Source: a virus. Taken from it: a DNA stretch of 46,142 nt. Location: the IMG/VR virus record IMGVR_UViG_3300002461_000164, positions 1 to 46,142 of that record; one strand, given 5' to 3'. A program made the translations under genes and the position numbers. The stretch's first letter is position 1, and the number at the start of each line of letters is the position of its first letter. Positions 30,149 through 39,867 of this stretch are shown one piece after another. A model generated the notes under the pieces. That model saw only the letters and a list, made by a program, of their open reading frames with translations, was not told the origin of the DNA and made no database searches.

Positions 30149-32230
30149 TTAATAGAAGATCAGGCAATAGCCCGGATCGCCGTCGTATGCGACCGCGATA
30201 CTCGCCGAGCCGCCGCCCGCAAAGCTGTTGCTTGCGGACGCCGACAAACCGCGCGATCCGAACATAAACGCCGATCCGCCTTGCGCCCAATAGTTGTCAA
30301 CTCCCATGACGTCGCCGCCTGTGCCGCCGCGGATACCGACAAAGCCGCCGAACCCGTTGCCACCAGCGCCCGAGCCGCCCGCGGCGCCGAGTCCACCGGT
30401 TGCGTATAGCGACGCGCCGAAATAGCTGGAATCGCCGTTGCCGCCTGGATTGGAACCCGGCGTGTTCTGTCCGGCGCCGACCGCGCCGAGCGTGATGGTT
30501 TCGGCCGTCGCGTTGACGATGCCGATAGCGCAACCGCCAGCACCACCCGCGGCGCCTGGATTGGTCGAATTGATCCACACAGTACCGCCGCCGCCCGCGC
30601 CCCATATCATGACAAGGATTTTATCGGCGGACGTCAGGCCGTAGGTTGCAGGGTTGAACGAATGGGTATTGCCGGCCGGGATACCTGCGAAACCGACCGC
30701 GCCGCGGAACGCTACGCCGAGCAATCCCGCAAGATTTGCCGGCGTGATGCCGACCGTTGCCAGCACCCGTGCCCGTGCTTCCGCGTCGGTCGCGAAACGA
30801 TGGATACCGCGCTGCGAGGTTGACGTGACAAGCGCGGCAAGTCCGGCCGGCGTCGCGGCGCGATCCCCATCCGTCAACGCCAGCACTTCGGCATTTGTTG
30901 CCAATTCGATCAGGCCGCGGCGGGATTGTGTCGCGGTCAGCGTATTTTTGCCAAGAATGAACTGTGACCCGCCGTTGAACACCGTAACAGTGATCAACTC
31001 TCCGGCGACCAGATCACCGGAGACCATTCCAAGGCCGTTCGAGTCCAGGAGCGGCAACGCGCCGAGACCATTGGCGTTAATCGTGACCGCGCCCGTGTTC
31101 GTGGTCGCGATCCGGATGAAAAACTGCTGACCGTCGGTATAGGACGGCAACGCCGGAACTGGCGTGATCGTGATCGCGTTCGCCGTGCCGCCTGCACCGT
31201 AATAGCTGTTTGAGCGGATCGCGCGCCACAGTGACGCCGGAGTGACCGCACGAACGGCGTCCGTGCCGGCTATAGCTTCCGCGTCGGTTGCCAACTCGAC
31301 CAAGCCGCGGCGCGCGGCGGTAGCACTGTTGCGCTGCAGGACGGCATTGCTACCGCCGTTAAACTGAAACTCGACTATTTCCGTTGCGCGAAGATCGCCC
31401 GCCACAACCGCCGCGCCGTCCTGGTCGATCACGTTGACCACGCCGAGACCGTTCACGTTCAGTGTAACGGCGCCTGTGTTCGTCACCGCCTTTTTGATGC
31501 GAAGCACCAAGCCATCGGTGTAAGTGCCATTCATTTTGACGACACTTGACACGACCATTGCGTTTGCGGTGCCCGTGTCGACATAGTAATCGGCGGCGCG
31601 GATTGCGTTCCATAGCGAATCCGGCGTAATGGCACGAACGGAATCCTGCCCCGCCTGTGCTTCCGCGTCGGTTGCCAGTTCGACCAGCCCGCGCCGGGTA
31701 GTCGTGGCGCTATTCGCAAATTTTTGCAGCTTGAATGTGCCGCCCGTCATGGTGACGGAAAAGACGTCGCCGGACAGGAGTTCGTTTGCCGCCAACTGCT
31801 GTCCGGTAACGTCGACTAGCGGAACGGCGCCGAGTCCGCTGACGTTGATCGTCACGCTACCGGTATTGTTAGCGGCCATCTTGCGGATAGTGAACGAAAG
31901 CCCCTCGACGTAGGCAACCACCGTCGGCTGCGGCGCCAACACCACCGCATTTGCCGTTCCCGTGTCTGCAACAAAGGTGCCGGTTCGCATGCCGCGAAGG
32001 ATCGATTTGCGGACCTGTGTCAAGTCGGCTTCTGATGGCGTGTAACCGCCGAGCGTCGTGACTACGTCGATCAGTTCGGACTCGATACCGGAAAGACGAA
32101 AGATCAATTCGTTAAAAAGCGCCTGATCGGCCGGACCGCAAGGAAAACCAAGCTGCAATTCCGTATTCGTCGGTTCGCGCCGGGCGCCTGGAGTGACACC
32201 AGCCCAAGGATTCGCAACTTTTTGTTTCAT
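30149..32230 (-). CDS. Tail fibre protein with repeated modules and a Gly-rich C-terminal domain
   Basis: Four copies of an RRGL(V/I)ELATxAEA...TP..L motif, three followed by a ~90-aa TGTANAxV... module. The C-terminus contains GAGGGGT...GAAGGAGG... Confidence 0.8.
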   Translation of the reverse strand: MKQKVANPWAGVTPGARREPTNTELQLGFPCGPADQALFNELIFRLSGIESELIDVVTTLGGYTPSEADLTQVRKSILRGMRTGTFVADTGTANAVVLAPQPTVVAYVEGLSFTIRKMAANNTGSVTINVSGLGAVPLVDVTGQQLAANELLSGDVFSVTMTGGTFKLQKFANSATTTRRGLVELATDAEAQAGQDSVRAITPDSLWNAIRAADYYVDTGTANAMVVSSVVKMNGTYTDGLVLRIKKAVTNTGAVTLNVNGLGVVNVIDQDGAAVVAGDLRATEIVEFQFNGGSNAVLQRNSATAARRGLVELATDAEAIAGTDAVRAVTPASLWRAIRSNSYYGAGGTANAITITPVPALPSYTDGQQFFIRIATTNTGAVTINANGLGALPLLDSNGLGMVSGDLVAGELITVTVFNGGSQFILGKNTLTATQSRRGLIELATNAEVLALTDGDRAATPAGLAALVTSTSQRGIHRFATDAEARARVLATVGITPANLAGLLGVAFRGAVGFAGIPAGNTHSFNPATYGLTSADKILVMIWGAGGGGTVWINSTNPGAAGGAGGCAIGIVNATAETITLGAVGAGQNTPGSNPGGNGDSSYFGASLYATGGLGAAGGSGAGGNGFGGFVGIRGGTGGDVMGVDNYWAQGGSAFMFGSRGLSASASNSFAGGGSASIAVAYDGDPGYCLIFY

Positions 32231-32248
32231 CTGACTTTCTTCCTCGAA

Positions 32249-32962
32249 TTAGATGCAAGTATACGTGTAAGGTTCAGCCGGGCAAAGCCAGTTTGCATTT
32301 TCACAGAAGCCGAAAAACCCCGTGCCGAATCCGAAGATCGGTCCTACTTCCCGCGATATTAGCGCCTTAATGCCTGGAGCGATAGGCATCACGCGGAAAA
32401 CAAGCGGGATGAACTGGACCTCTGTTGCGGTCAGTGCCCGACCCGGCCCGATGACCACTTGACCGGGAGAAAGCGAGCGAAAGAACGCGTCCTCCCCCCA
32501 TACGAATTGGACCGCCTCCAGGAGCGACGCGGCATCATAGAAATTCATCATCTGGTAACGCCGGGCATATAGAAACCCGCGGTACATTTCATCGTCATCA
32601 ATGCAGACGATTTGATTTCCGACGTCGTCGCAGTCCGCCCATGTGCTTCCGTCGTCGCAGAAACCCGCGATCACATAGGGACCGACATACGTTGCCGCGC
32701 AAAAGCCGAAAACGGGCGGAATGGCGCATACGCAGTGACACCGCGGAAATCCGAGCCGCTTGCCGATCAATGTCAACTGGTCGCCGGTAGCATTTTCAAT
32801 GTCGAACGCTTCCGGCATGGCGCAAATCGACTGAATCGCGTCGTCAATCTCGCCGAGAAGATTCCGCATCAGCCCGAGCAAATGCGGGCTTTCCCTGTAC
32901 TGTGTTAATACGCGGTCAATCTCGATTTCGACTAGGGCGCCGGGAGTTGGGCAAGCGGTCAT
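32249..32962 (-). CDS. DUF2612-type baseplate/tail-fibre-proximal protein
   Basis: LTQYRESPHLLGLMRNLLGEIDDA...GDQLTLIGKRLGFPR pattern. It lies downstream of the Baseplate_J gene. Confidence 0.65.
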   Translation of the reverse strand: MTACPTPGALVEIEIDRVLTQYRESPHLLGLMRNLLGEIDDAIQSICAMPEAFDIENATGDQLTLIGKRLGFPRCHCVCAIPPVFGFCAATYVGPYVIAGFCDDGSTWADCDDVGNQIVCIDDDEMYRGFLYARRYQMMNFYDAASLLEAVQFVWGEDAFFRSLSPGQVVIGPGRALTATEVQFIPLVFRVMPIAPGIKALISREVGPIFGFGTGFFGFCENANWLCPAEPYTYTCI

Positions 32963-33858
32963 GCGGTAACCACCGTGAATTCTTCGGCCGTGAAATAAGC
33001 GATTTCATCAAACGCGATCACAGCCGGCAACGCCTGGACGTTGGTTGTGCGCCCGCCAGTAAGCGCGTTGACTTCCACGTTCGCATACTGGCATTCAATC
33101 GCGCGCCGCAGAAACGGGTTTGTGATGTCTTGCCCGTTAATCGGCCGGCCGGCGTCGCTGTTCAGATATTGGACCACGCCGAGAAGAACGGCGCCCGGAG
33201 ACTGCGGCGGACAACCATCGACCGCGACGGATAGCGTGATGACGGCGCGGACCTTAATCAGGACCGGCGTCGGACGAAGAATGTAAATCGTCCGGCAAGC
33301 GCCATCCTCCAGGGTATTAACCGGCGTGTTGCCGTGCGTGCCGATTCCAGGCACGACATGAACGCGGATCGCGTCCGCAATCTCGACGTCATTTCCGCCG
33401 ATCACAGCCACACAGATCGAATGTCCGGAAATGCCGTTAGCGTCCGCGGCATCCGTGTCGTTAACGAACACCTGGACATAGGTAACGCCCGTCACGTTGC
33501 GGACCGCTCGAATCAAGTCCTGCAGATCGATGCGAGCGCGGCCGGCATTGGTCAAGGCTTGCCGCAACGATTCGTCAGTCTCGCCGATGCCGCGACGCAA
33601 CAAGCGAAGGCGCCCGAGAATTTCCAGCCGGTTTCCTTCCGCCTGATCCGGATCGTACGACTGATAAACGTCCTCGGCGAATTCCCACATGCGCGCGATA
33701 ATGTCCGCCATCGTACCATTGATCTGCCCCATAGGGCTTTCACTGGTTTGGATCAGCCCGGCGCCGAAAACGTTTCGGTTTTGCGCCTCGATATCAGCCA
33801 AGATCGTATTGAGCGGCTTACGAACGAATCCCTGCGGCTTGATTCCGAAATCGCTCAT
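32959..33858 (-). CDS. Baseplate J-like protein
   Basis: N-terminal FGIKPQGFVRKPLNTILADIEAQNRNVFG... is typical of the Baseplate_J family. ATGA-coupled on both sides. Confidence 0.75.
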   Translation of the reverse strand: MSDFGIKPQGFVRKPLNTILADIEAQNRNVFGAGLIQTSESPMGQINGTMADIIARMWEFAEDVYQSYDPDQAEGNRLEILGRLRLLRRGIGETDESLRQALTNAGRARIDLQDLIRAVRNVTGVTYVQVFVNDTDAADANGISGHSICVAVIGGNDVEIADAIRVHVVPGIGTHGNTPVNTLEDGACRTIYILRPTPVLIKVRAVITLSVAVDGCPPQSPGAVLLGVVQYLNSDAGRPINGQDITNPFLRRAIECQYANVEVNALTGGRTTNVQALPAVIAFDEIAYFTAEEFTVVTA

Positions 33859-34217
33859 AGCTTCACCATCTGGTCATAATCGGTCAAAATCGTAATGTCG
33901 CGAATATCGAGTTGCCGCCGCGTCCCCTGAAACGACACTGAAAACGAAGTAATATCCGTGACGCCGTCCGTGCCGAAAATTGACGCTTTCGTCACCGCTT
34001 CCGCCATTGCGGCATCGTACGGGAGCGCGTCGATATCGGTCAGCCATGGCACGCCGGCCGTGGTATCCAGGAACCATTCACCCGTGAACGTCAAGAGCCG
34101 TTGCCGTACGTGCTGACCGACGGCAAGCGCCTGTGTGACGATCCGCAGATTTCCGGAAAGATCGGTCTCCAGATCATTTGTGATCGCGTCGACATATATC
34201 CCGAGCCGGTCAGTCAT
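33855..34217 (-). CDS. Small baseplate wedge protein (gp25/W-position)
   Basis: 120-aa ORF immediately upstream of Baseplate_J. Sequence GQHVRQRLLTFTGEWFLDTTAGVPW. Confidence 0.5.
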   Translation of the reverse strand: MTDRLGIYVDAITNDLETDLSGNLRIVTQALAVGQHVRQRLLTFTGEWFLDTTAGVPWLTDIDALPYDAAMAEAVTKASIFGTDGVTDITSFSVSFQGTRRQLDIRDITILTDYDQMVKL

Positions 34218-34876
34218 AGCGCCATCGCCCGAATTTTTGCGGCGAGTTCCATCAATTGCGCGCGGTTTTCGAGCGCGTGACCGCTCCCCGCCGACGATCC
34301 ATAATTGATCTGCAGTTGATCGGACGCGACCAGTTCCATAAACTCGGCGAGGATCGTATAGATATTGCCTTCCGACCCTTCGATTTTGATCTTTCCGGAC
34401 GCGTTGCCGCGAATGCCGTAATTCCCATCTTCATCAAAGCGAACGTGCACGTTCGCCGGATCGAAATTCTTGATTGGATCGGTCAGCGGCTCGCCGCCAG
34501 CAACGGACGCTTCCATGTCGGAAAGGCTCGCCGATCGCGTGTCGGACGCTTCGCCGTCGTCCTCCAAGAGATAGTTTTCCGAAGATCGCATGTTCGGCGC
34601 CAAGTCGACACGATCGCCCGCCTTGACTGGAAAAGTGATCGCGCCCGCGCCGGCCCGCTGGAATCTGATCGGAACTTCTAACAGTTCCGGCATGTCCACA
34701 GGCTTGCCGTTGTGCTTGGGCTTGTATAGCGGTTGAATAGTTGCCGTCTGTTTTGCAGGATCGAAAGAAACGACCTTGCCGGGAATGCGGCCCCACTGGT
34801 CTTCACGCTCTTGTTCGGCTTGTTTGCCGACCACTTCGCCGAGTTGATTGTTTGTTTTTCCCAAATAACCCGACAT
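34214..34876 (-). CDS. Baseplate central spike protein (Gp138_N/gpV-like)
   Basis: WGRIPGKVVSFDPAKQTATIQPLYK...VPIRFQRAG resembles an OB-fold spike N-domain. Its position follows the hub gene. Confidence 0.6.
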   Translation of the reverse strand: MSGYLGKTNNQLGEVVGKQAEQEREDQWGRIPGKVVSFDPAKQTATIQPLYKPKHNGKPVDMPELLEVPIRFQRAGAGAITFPVKAGDRVDLAPNMRSSENYLLEDDGEASDTRSASLSDMEASVAGGEPLTDPIKNFDPANVHVRFDEDGNYGIRGNASGKIKIEGSEGNIYTILAEFMELVASDQLQINYGSSAGSGHALENRAQLMELAAKIRAMAL

Positions 34877-35751
34877 TAGGGTTTCTTCCCTTCGTCCACT
34901 TTGCCGCCCTGTATTGCTTCGCCGTGGCCCGATACTCTGAATTTCCCTTGTCGGTTGTCGCCTTCATAGGTGACTTGGCTGACCCTGTATAACCCGCCTT
35001 CACCGTTCATTTCAAGCGTTTCGCTTTCGATCTGGACGCGGCGCCCTGGACGCACTTCCGGATTCAAAAGAGCCTGAAACTTGACGCCGTTATCCGTGAT
35101 CGTCGGCGTCTCGACCAAGCCGGTTTTGCTCGATAGGAACACCGTTCCGGACAGTGAATCGTCACCCGGAACGATTTCCATCACGCCGTTTTGAACTGAC
35201 CAGTAGAACCCTTTGCCGCGGCCGATCCTGTCCGCTTCCCGAGTGCATGCGCCGCAAAGCGCATACGGCCGCTTGAAATCTTTCATGTCGTCAGGGAATT
35301 TCCATTCGCCTTTTGAAACCCCTTCCTTGGCAAGCTGCGAATAGATTTCTTCCATCACGTCTTTGACTGGAGTACCAGCCGGGAAGGATTTCGACGTGGT
35401 AGCCTTGCGGAAAGCCTTGTCGCCGTCGCCGCAACTGATCTTCGATATAATATCCGGACCGTCCCGCCTGTGTTCGACGTCGCGCATTTGGCCCTTGAAT
35501 ATAACGCCGACGTTATCCCCGCCGAGCGGCGGCATATAGCCGGCTTCTAGCGTGACTTCGTCCAGTTCCTTCCCGAGCGCGTTCCTGTGTCCTTCGTTCA
35601 GATTCCAGATTTCGATTTCTGCGGTGTTTGCCGTTGACGAAATGGTTTTGGAAACGCTGAACCCAATTTTGAGTTCGTGCACGTTCATCCCGCCAGGATT
35701 GATCACCAGCCCGGAAACGGTCAGACGGACTTTTTTAAGAAATTGCTGCAT
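34876..35751 (-). CDS. Putative baseplate hub protein
   Basis: 291-aa ORF between the post-tape-measure genes and the spike. The call rests on position only. Confidence 0.5.
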   Translation of the reverse strand: MQQFLKKVRLTVSGLVINPGGMNVHELKIGFSVSKTISSTANTAEIEIWNLNEGHRNALGKELDEVTLEAGYMPPLGGDNVGVIFKGQMRDVEHRRDGPDIISKISCGDGDKAFRKATTSKSFPAGTPVKDVMEEIYSQLAKEGVSKGEWKFPDDMKDFKRPYALCGACTREADRIGRGKGFYWSVQNGVMEIVPGDDSLSGTVFLSSKTGLVETPTITDNGVKFQALLNPEVRPGRRVQIESETLEMNGEGGLYRVSQVTYEGDNRQGKFRVSGHGEAIQGGKVDEGKKP

Positions 35752-36055
35752 TCAATTCGTCCGGCGTGGCGTGGAAGATGCGAACGGCGCCGGACGGCAA
35801 CCCGCCGAGATTGGGAGCGGCGCCGGGCATCATTTCGAGCGCGAAGATAACGCCGATGCCGAAATCATACGGCGCCAGCAAGTCAATCCCTGTCACGACA
35901 CGACGGCCGCGCAAAACCGGCGCGTCGTCAATGGAAAGATCGAAGGACCAACGATCGGTTGTTACGTTATAACGAAACCGAAATGTCGTGCGACGATTGT
36001 TCAGCACCAGCGAAAATTTCTGATCGGGAAGCTCGGCGATTTCAAACCGGACCAT
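35735..36055 (-). CDS. Hypothetical tail/baseplate protein (106 aa)
   Basis: ORF in the structural operon, overlapping its neighbours. Confidence 0.6.
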   Translation of the reverse strand: MVRFEIAELPDQKFSLVLNNRRTTFRFRYNVTTDRWSFDLSIDDAPVLRGRRVVTGIDLLAPYDFGIGVIFALEMMPGAAPNLGGLPSGAVRIFHATPDELNAAIS

Positions 36056-36645
36056 CAGAACACCCGTCGCAAGAGGGATTCATTGTCACCGGACGGAACC
36101 GGCCGAACTGGCGCGTCACCACGCGTCACAGTGCCGCCAGCACGTAACCGCGTCTCGGCGTCCCGTGCGGTCTCCGGAGACGGCCGCGCCGCCCTGGTGG
36201 CAGTGTCGCCAGCCGATCCGCGCCGCCCATCGGACGCGCCGTCGTCAATGTCCGGTTGCTCGCCACCCGTGCCGCCGACATAGGACGTCCCCACAATGAT
36301 GACTTCCTGCAGAACCACCTTGCCACGTAAAACGCGGCTCGAGTCCTTGTCACGGTCCGCGTCGATCGAAAGCACCAGCATATTGCGATAAACGGATAGA
36401 CCTGTAACCAGCGTGAAGGGAATCCGGGTTTCCTGGAATCGCACAAGGGCGGCGAACGTCGCCGCGGCGTTCTTGTCGCCGACGTCGAACGTGACGCGTT
36501 TCGGCATGACGTACGCGTGATCATTGACCTCGGCGCCGGTCTCGATCGGGTTTTTCGTTATCTCAATCGACGTCGAATGAGATTCCCGCAACACCACGTT
36601 CAGCGGGACCGGTCCGATACGGCTGGAAAATGCAATGACGCTCAT
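36055..36645 (-). CDS. Hypothetical tail tip/baseplate protein following the tape measure
   Basis: 196-aa ORF with a one-base overlap with the tape-measure stop. Confidence 0.6.
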   Translation of the reverse strand: MSVIAFSSRIGPVPLNVVLRESHSTSIEITKNPIETGAEVNDHAYVMPKRVTFDVGDKNAAATFAALVRFQETRIPFTLVTGLSVYRNMLVLSIDADRDKDSSRVLRGKVVLQEVIIVGTSYVGGTGGEQPDIDDGASDGRRGSAGDTATRAARPSPETARDAETRLRAGGTVTRGDAPVRPVPSGDNESLLRRVF

Positions 36646-38771
36646 TAGAAAGCCGGCCCCGCTTCAATTCGGCTCGCCTGTGCGGTTGCCGCCTGTCCAA
36701 CGGCCGCGCCGGTAGCCTGTGCCGCGGCGCCGGGCGCGTCCGCCATCTGCGTAACCGTCTGATTGACAGTAACGCTTGTGCTGACCGGGAATTGCCGGTT
36801 GTCCTGCCTCGCATCCGTCACGGTCGCGTTGACCGCGTTTTCCGGCGTCATCCGTGCCAGATTGGCATTCATGTTTTCCAGCATCGCACGGATCGCACCG
36901 CCGCCAGCGTTCGCCGTTGCGGCGTCACTGGTGATGCTCGACTGCGGTTTCGGCGCGTCCATTCCGTCACGCATCGCATCAAACGAATTCCCGGCCGGCT
37001 TTGGTGCGTACTTTGCAGGATCGGGAAGAAATCCCATGTCCGGCGAGAACATGCCGTTAAAGACGCCCTTGATCTGTTCCGCCGCGTCCAGAAATTCACT
37101 GATGATCGGCCGCGCTACGCCGTCGGCTTTGACCGGTCCGGTTTCGGTAAAGGTTTCCTTTTTCCCGTCCGGAGTTACCGACGGATAAACCGACGGATCG
37201 GGCAATATGCCCGTGTTCGGTTCTTTCAAAGCGTCTCGCACTTGCTCGGCGATCTTCCCGCCAAGCCGTGACAACCCTGTGAAAATCGATTCGTTCGGAT
37301 CGATATCGGCGGGAAGCGGAAACGCCGCCTTAACTTCGGCGTTCTGCCATTCTTGATGAGCCTTTTCCCATTCGGTTTTCAGGAAGTCGCTTTGAGCGAA
37401 ATTCAGCGACGCCGCCGCAAGCGCCGCTGTTGCCGCAGCCGAGAAAGCCGCCAGCAACCCGGCGCCGGTTGCACCTGTCGCCGCACCGGCCGCTGTTGCC
37501 GTGCCAGTCGTGACCGCAGCACCCGCCGCACCAGCCGCACCGCCCGCCACAGCGCCACCGACGGCGCCGGCCGCGCCGACCGCCCATCCTGCAGCCGCCT
37601 TAAGCACTCCCAACGCCCGTAACGCCATCAATGCACCTATCGCCGCTGTAACGGCCGCGATCGACGCCGCCAGGGCATCAGACGCACCCGTTGTTTCCTT
37701 GATCCATCCGACAAGGGCGCCGAACTTGGACTCCCCGCCTTCTAAATAGGTTAGCAGATCGTCCAGCGCGGCGGCAATCGCAATGATCGCCGACGACAAC
37801 GGGAAAGAAACCAGCATCCAGGCGCCGAACGCGGCCGCAATCGCCCATAGCGTCGAACTGTCCAGGCTGGAAAGCCAATCGGCAATGAAAGCGCCGTGCG
37901 TCGCGACACGATCGGCGAAAGTGCCGATTGCTGACAGGACCGTAACAAAGCCGTCGGAAATCCGTTGCGCCCATCTGTCGAGCGAACCGTTTGCGTCCAA
38001 CTCGGCGATTTTGTCGAGCGCGCTTTGCATTCCGCGGCTGACAAAATCGAAAAGTCCGGCGTCCCCGATCCGACGCTTAAAATCGGTCCAGTTGTCGCCC
38101 ATGTTCGACGTCATGCCGAGCCATGTTTTCGACTGCTTATCCATGGCGCCATCAAAGCGCCCGAAAATTTCCTTCAACGTTTTGCCGATGATCACACCAT
38201 CTTTTTTGATGGTCTTCCGCATCGTCTTGCCGTTTTCGGTCCATGAATAAGTTACCTGATCGCCGGCAACTTCCGCCCTGATTCCGAATTCCTTAAGTCG
38301 TTCGTTTTCGCCGGTCACAGCGTCGGCGATTGCCTCGACGCCGGACATAAGCGACTTGCCCATTGCCGAGCCGGCATCACCGACCGCCTTAAGCGTCCCG
38401 TCCATCGGATCAAGGCCGTACGCCTTAAGCCGCACGAACGCTTGCGTCACTTCTGAAACTTCGTACGGCGTCGTTTTGCCGAACTGCGAAATCCAGTCGA
38501 GCGACGCTTTCGCCTTTTCTGACGATCCCTCCAGGGTTTCGAGCGTCGCTTGATAGGTTTGGAACTCGGCGGACGTGTCAATGACGCTCTTGCCAAGGAA
38601 CACCATCCCGGCGCCGAACGCAGCACCAGCGACCGCGCCGGCTTTGGCGAGACCAGCCGCAAACGCCGCAGCGCGCGACTGCGTGCGATCCATGCCGGCA
38701 TTGAATCGTGCTAGTGCCGCCTCGCCGCGAAGATCGTACCCGAGAACGGCAATTAGTTCGTCAACGATCAT
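36645..38771 (-). CDS. Tail tape measure protein
   Basis: 708 aa, Ala/Gly-rich with hydrophobic central segments. The N-terminal region (TPYEVSEVTQAFVRLKAYGLDP) is typical of tape-measure proteins. It follows the frameshifted chaperone pair. Confidence 0.85.
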   Translation of the reverse strand: MIVDELIAVLGYDLRGEAALARFNAGMDRTQSRAAAFAAGLAKAGAVAGAAFGAGMVFLGKSVIDTSAEFQTYQATLETLEGSSEKAKASLDWISQFGKTTPYEVSEVTQAFVRLKAYGLDPMDGTLKAVGDAGSAMGKSLMSGVEAIADAVTGENERLKEFGIRAEVAGDQVTYSWTENGKTMRKTIKKDGVIIGKTLKEIFGRFDGAMDKQSKTWLGMTSNMGDNWTDFKRRIGDAGLFDFVSRGMQSALDKIAELDANGSLDRWAQRISDGFVTVLSAIGTFADRVATHGAFIADWLSSLDSSTLWAIAAAFGAWMLVSFPLSSAIIAIAAALDDLLTYLEGGESKFGALVGWIKETTGASDALAASIAAVTAAIGALMALRALGVLKAAAGWAVGAAGAVGGAVAGGAAGAAGAAVTTGTATAAGAATGATGAGLLAAFSAAATAALAAASLNFAQSDFLKTEWEKAHQEWQNAEVKAAFPLPADIDPNESIFTGLSRLGGKIAEQVRDALKEPNTGILPDPSVYPSVTPDGKKETFTETGPVKADGVARPIISEFLDAAEQIKGVFNGMFSPDMGFLPDPAKYAPKPAGNSFDAMRDGMDAPKPQSSITSDAATANAGGGAIRAMLENMNANLARMTPENAVNATVTDARQDNRQFPVSTSVTVNQTVTQMADAPGAAAQATGAAVGQAATAQASRIEAGPAF

Positions 38772-39375
38772 GCTAGTTCCGCCTGTGCGCCCTTAAGGTC
38801 CAACGCTTCATGCGCGTCGAGAACGTCAGAGATTGTCACCCATGTTCGAAGATCGGCCATGGTGTAAAGCGGCGGACTAGCGATGATCGGGCGCCACAGG
38901 AACAGATTCAGGTTCGGCGCTATCTTGGCGATTCGTTGCACAGATAGCGTCTTCCCTTTCCCCGTTACTTTAGGTTTCCATTCGCCAGGACGCCGGTAAA
39001 AAAATCGCGGAACTGTTCCTGTAGCACGAAAGCCACAAGGGCGGGAATCGATTTCAGATCGCCCGTAAAGTCCGCGTCGAAATTGACATGCTCCCACGCC
39101 GAAGACGGCCGCTGGACCATCGCCGTTTCTGCGATTTCCTGGACAAGAGACACGTATTCATCCGGATCGGCCTTGTCGAAAATCGCGGTCAGTGCAGCGA
39201 TTGCGGCGGCGTTCGACTTGTCGGCGTTCCCCGCCGCGCGCTCGCCGAGAATTTCCGGAAGCTTGTCAACGGCGCCGCCAAGGAACCGCATAATCCGAGC
39301 CTGGAGTTTCAGCGCCCGAGTTGCTAGCAACGGCTCCACCTTATAGGTTTTGCCGTTGATTTTCTTTTCTGCCAT
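38768..39375 (-). CDS. Tail assembly chaperone, -1 frameshift fusion product (about 202 aa; shift at 39004..38998)
   Basis: The zero-frame reads GAT TTT TTT ACC. A -1 slip on T TTT TTT continues as Y R R P G E W K P K V..., which is track ORF 38768..39097, ending 4 nt into the tape-measure gene. Confidence 0.7.
38965..39375 (-). CDS. Tail assembly chaperone (short, non-frameshifted product, 136 aa)
   Basis: ORF between the tube and tape-measure genes. Sequence MAEKKINGKTYKVEPLLATRALKLQARIMRF... Confidence 0.75.
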   Translation of the reverse strand: MAEKKINGKTYKVEPLLATRALKLQARIMRFLGGAVDKLPEILGERAAGNADKSNAAAIAALTAIFDKADPDEYVSLVQEIAETAMVQRPSSAWEHVNFDADFTGDLKSIPALVAFVLQEQFRDFFTGVLANGNLK

Positions 39376-39406
39376 GGTCTAACCCCTTCGTTGTTTGCCG
39401 CTGGCG

Positions 39407-39835
39407 TTATGCCAGCGGAATATTCGGCTCCCAATCGGACGTTACAAGCGTCCATTCGCGTTCTGTCGCAACGTTGCCGTTGCTGTCGTCCGGCGCGACC
39501 TGGACGAACGCTTGATCCGTCGAGCCGCCGCCCTTGGTCCCGCCTTCGATGACAGAGAACGGAAAGCCGATGATCCGGCCGGCGCGCTGCTGTGCGAGTT
39601 TCTGGAGCAACTGACGATGCGTTGCGCTGGTGTGCATCAGCTTTAGGACGATCGTTGCCGATCGATCCGCCGACTGTGAAAAGAGACCGGCGCCGTCCGC
39701 GCCGATCAGCATTTCGCCGACGTCGGCGCCCTGCGACACCACGATTGCATCGTCACCGTCCCATAGGCCGATGACGCGCAAGCCGTCGACCATCGCCGTA
39801 ACGTTCAGCATCGAATAGACAGAAGATTTTGCCAT
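39407..39835 (-). CDS. Tail tube-like protein (DUF3277-type)
   Basis: 142-aa ORF directly after the sheath-like gene. Sequence MAKSSVYSMLNVTAMVDGLRVIGLWDGDDAIV... Confidence 0.65.
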   Translation of the reverse strand: MAKSSVYSMLNVTAMVDGLRVIGLWDGDDAIVVSQGADVGEMLIGADGAGLFSQSADRSATIVLKLMHTSATHRQLLQKLAQQRAGRIIGFPFSVIEGGTKGGGSTDQAFVQVAPDDSNGNVATEREWTLVTSDWEPNIPLA

Positions 39836-39867
39836 TTTCAGAATCCCTTATTGCGGCCGTTCGACGC

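Noticed and set aside
30149-32230. Diversity-generating retroelement targeting the repetitive tail fibre
   Set aside because: No reverse transcriptase gene exists anywhere in the window, and there is no adenine-biased template/variable repeat pair near the 3' end of the fibre gene.
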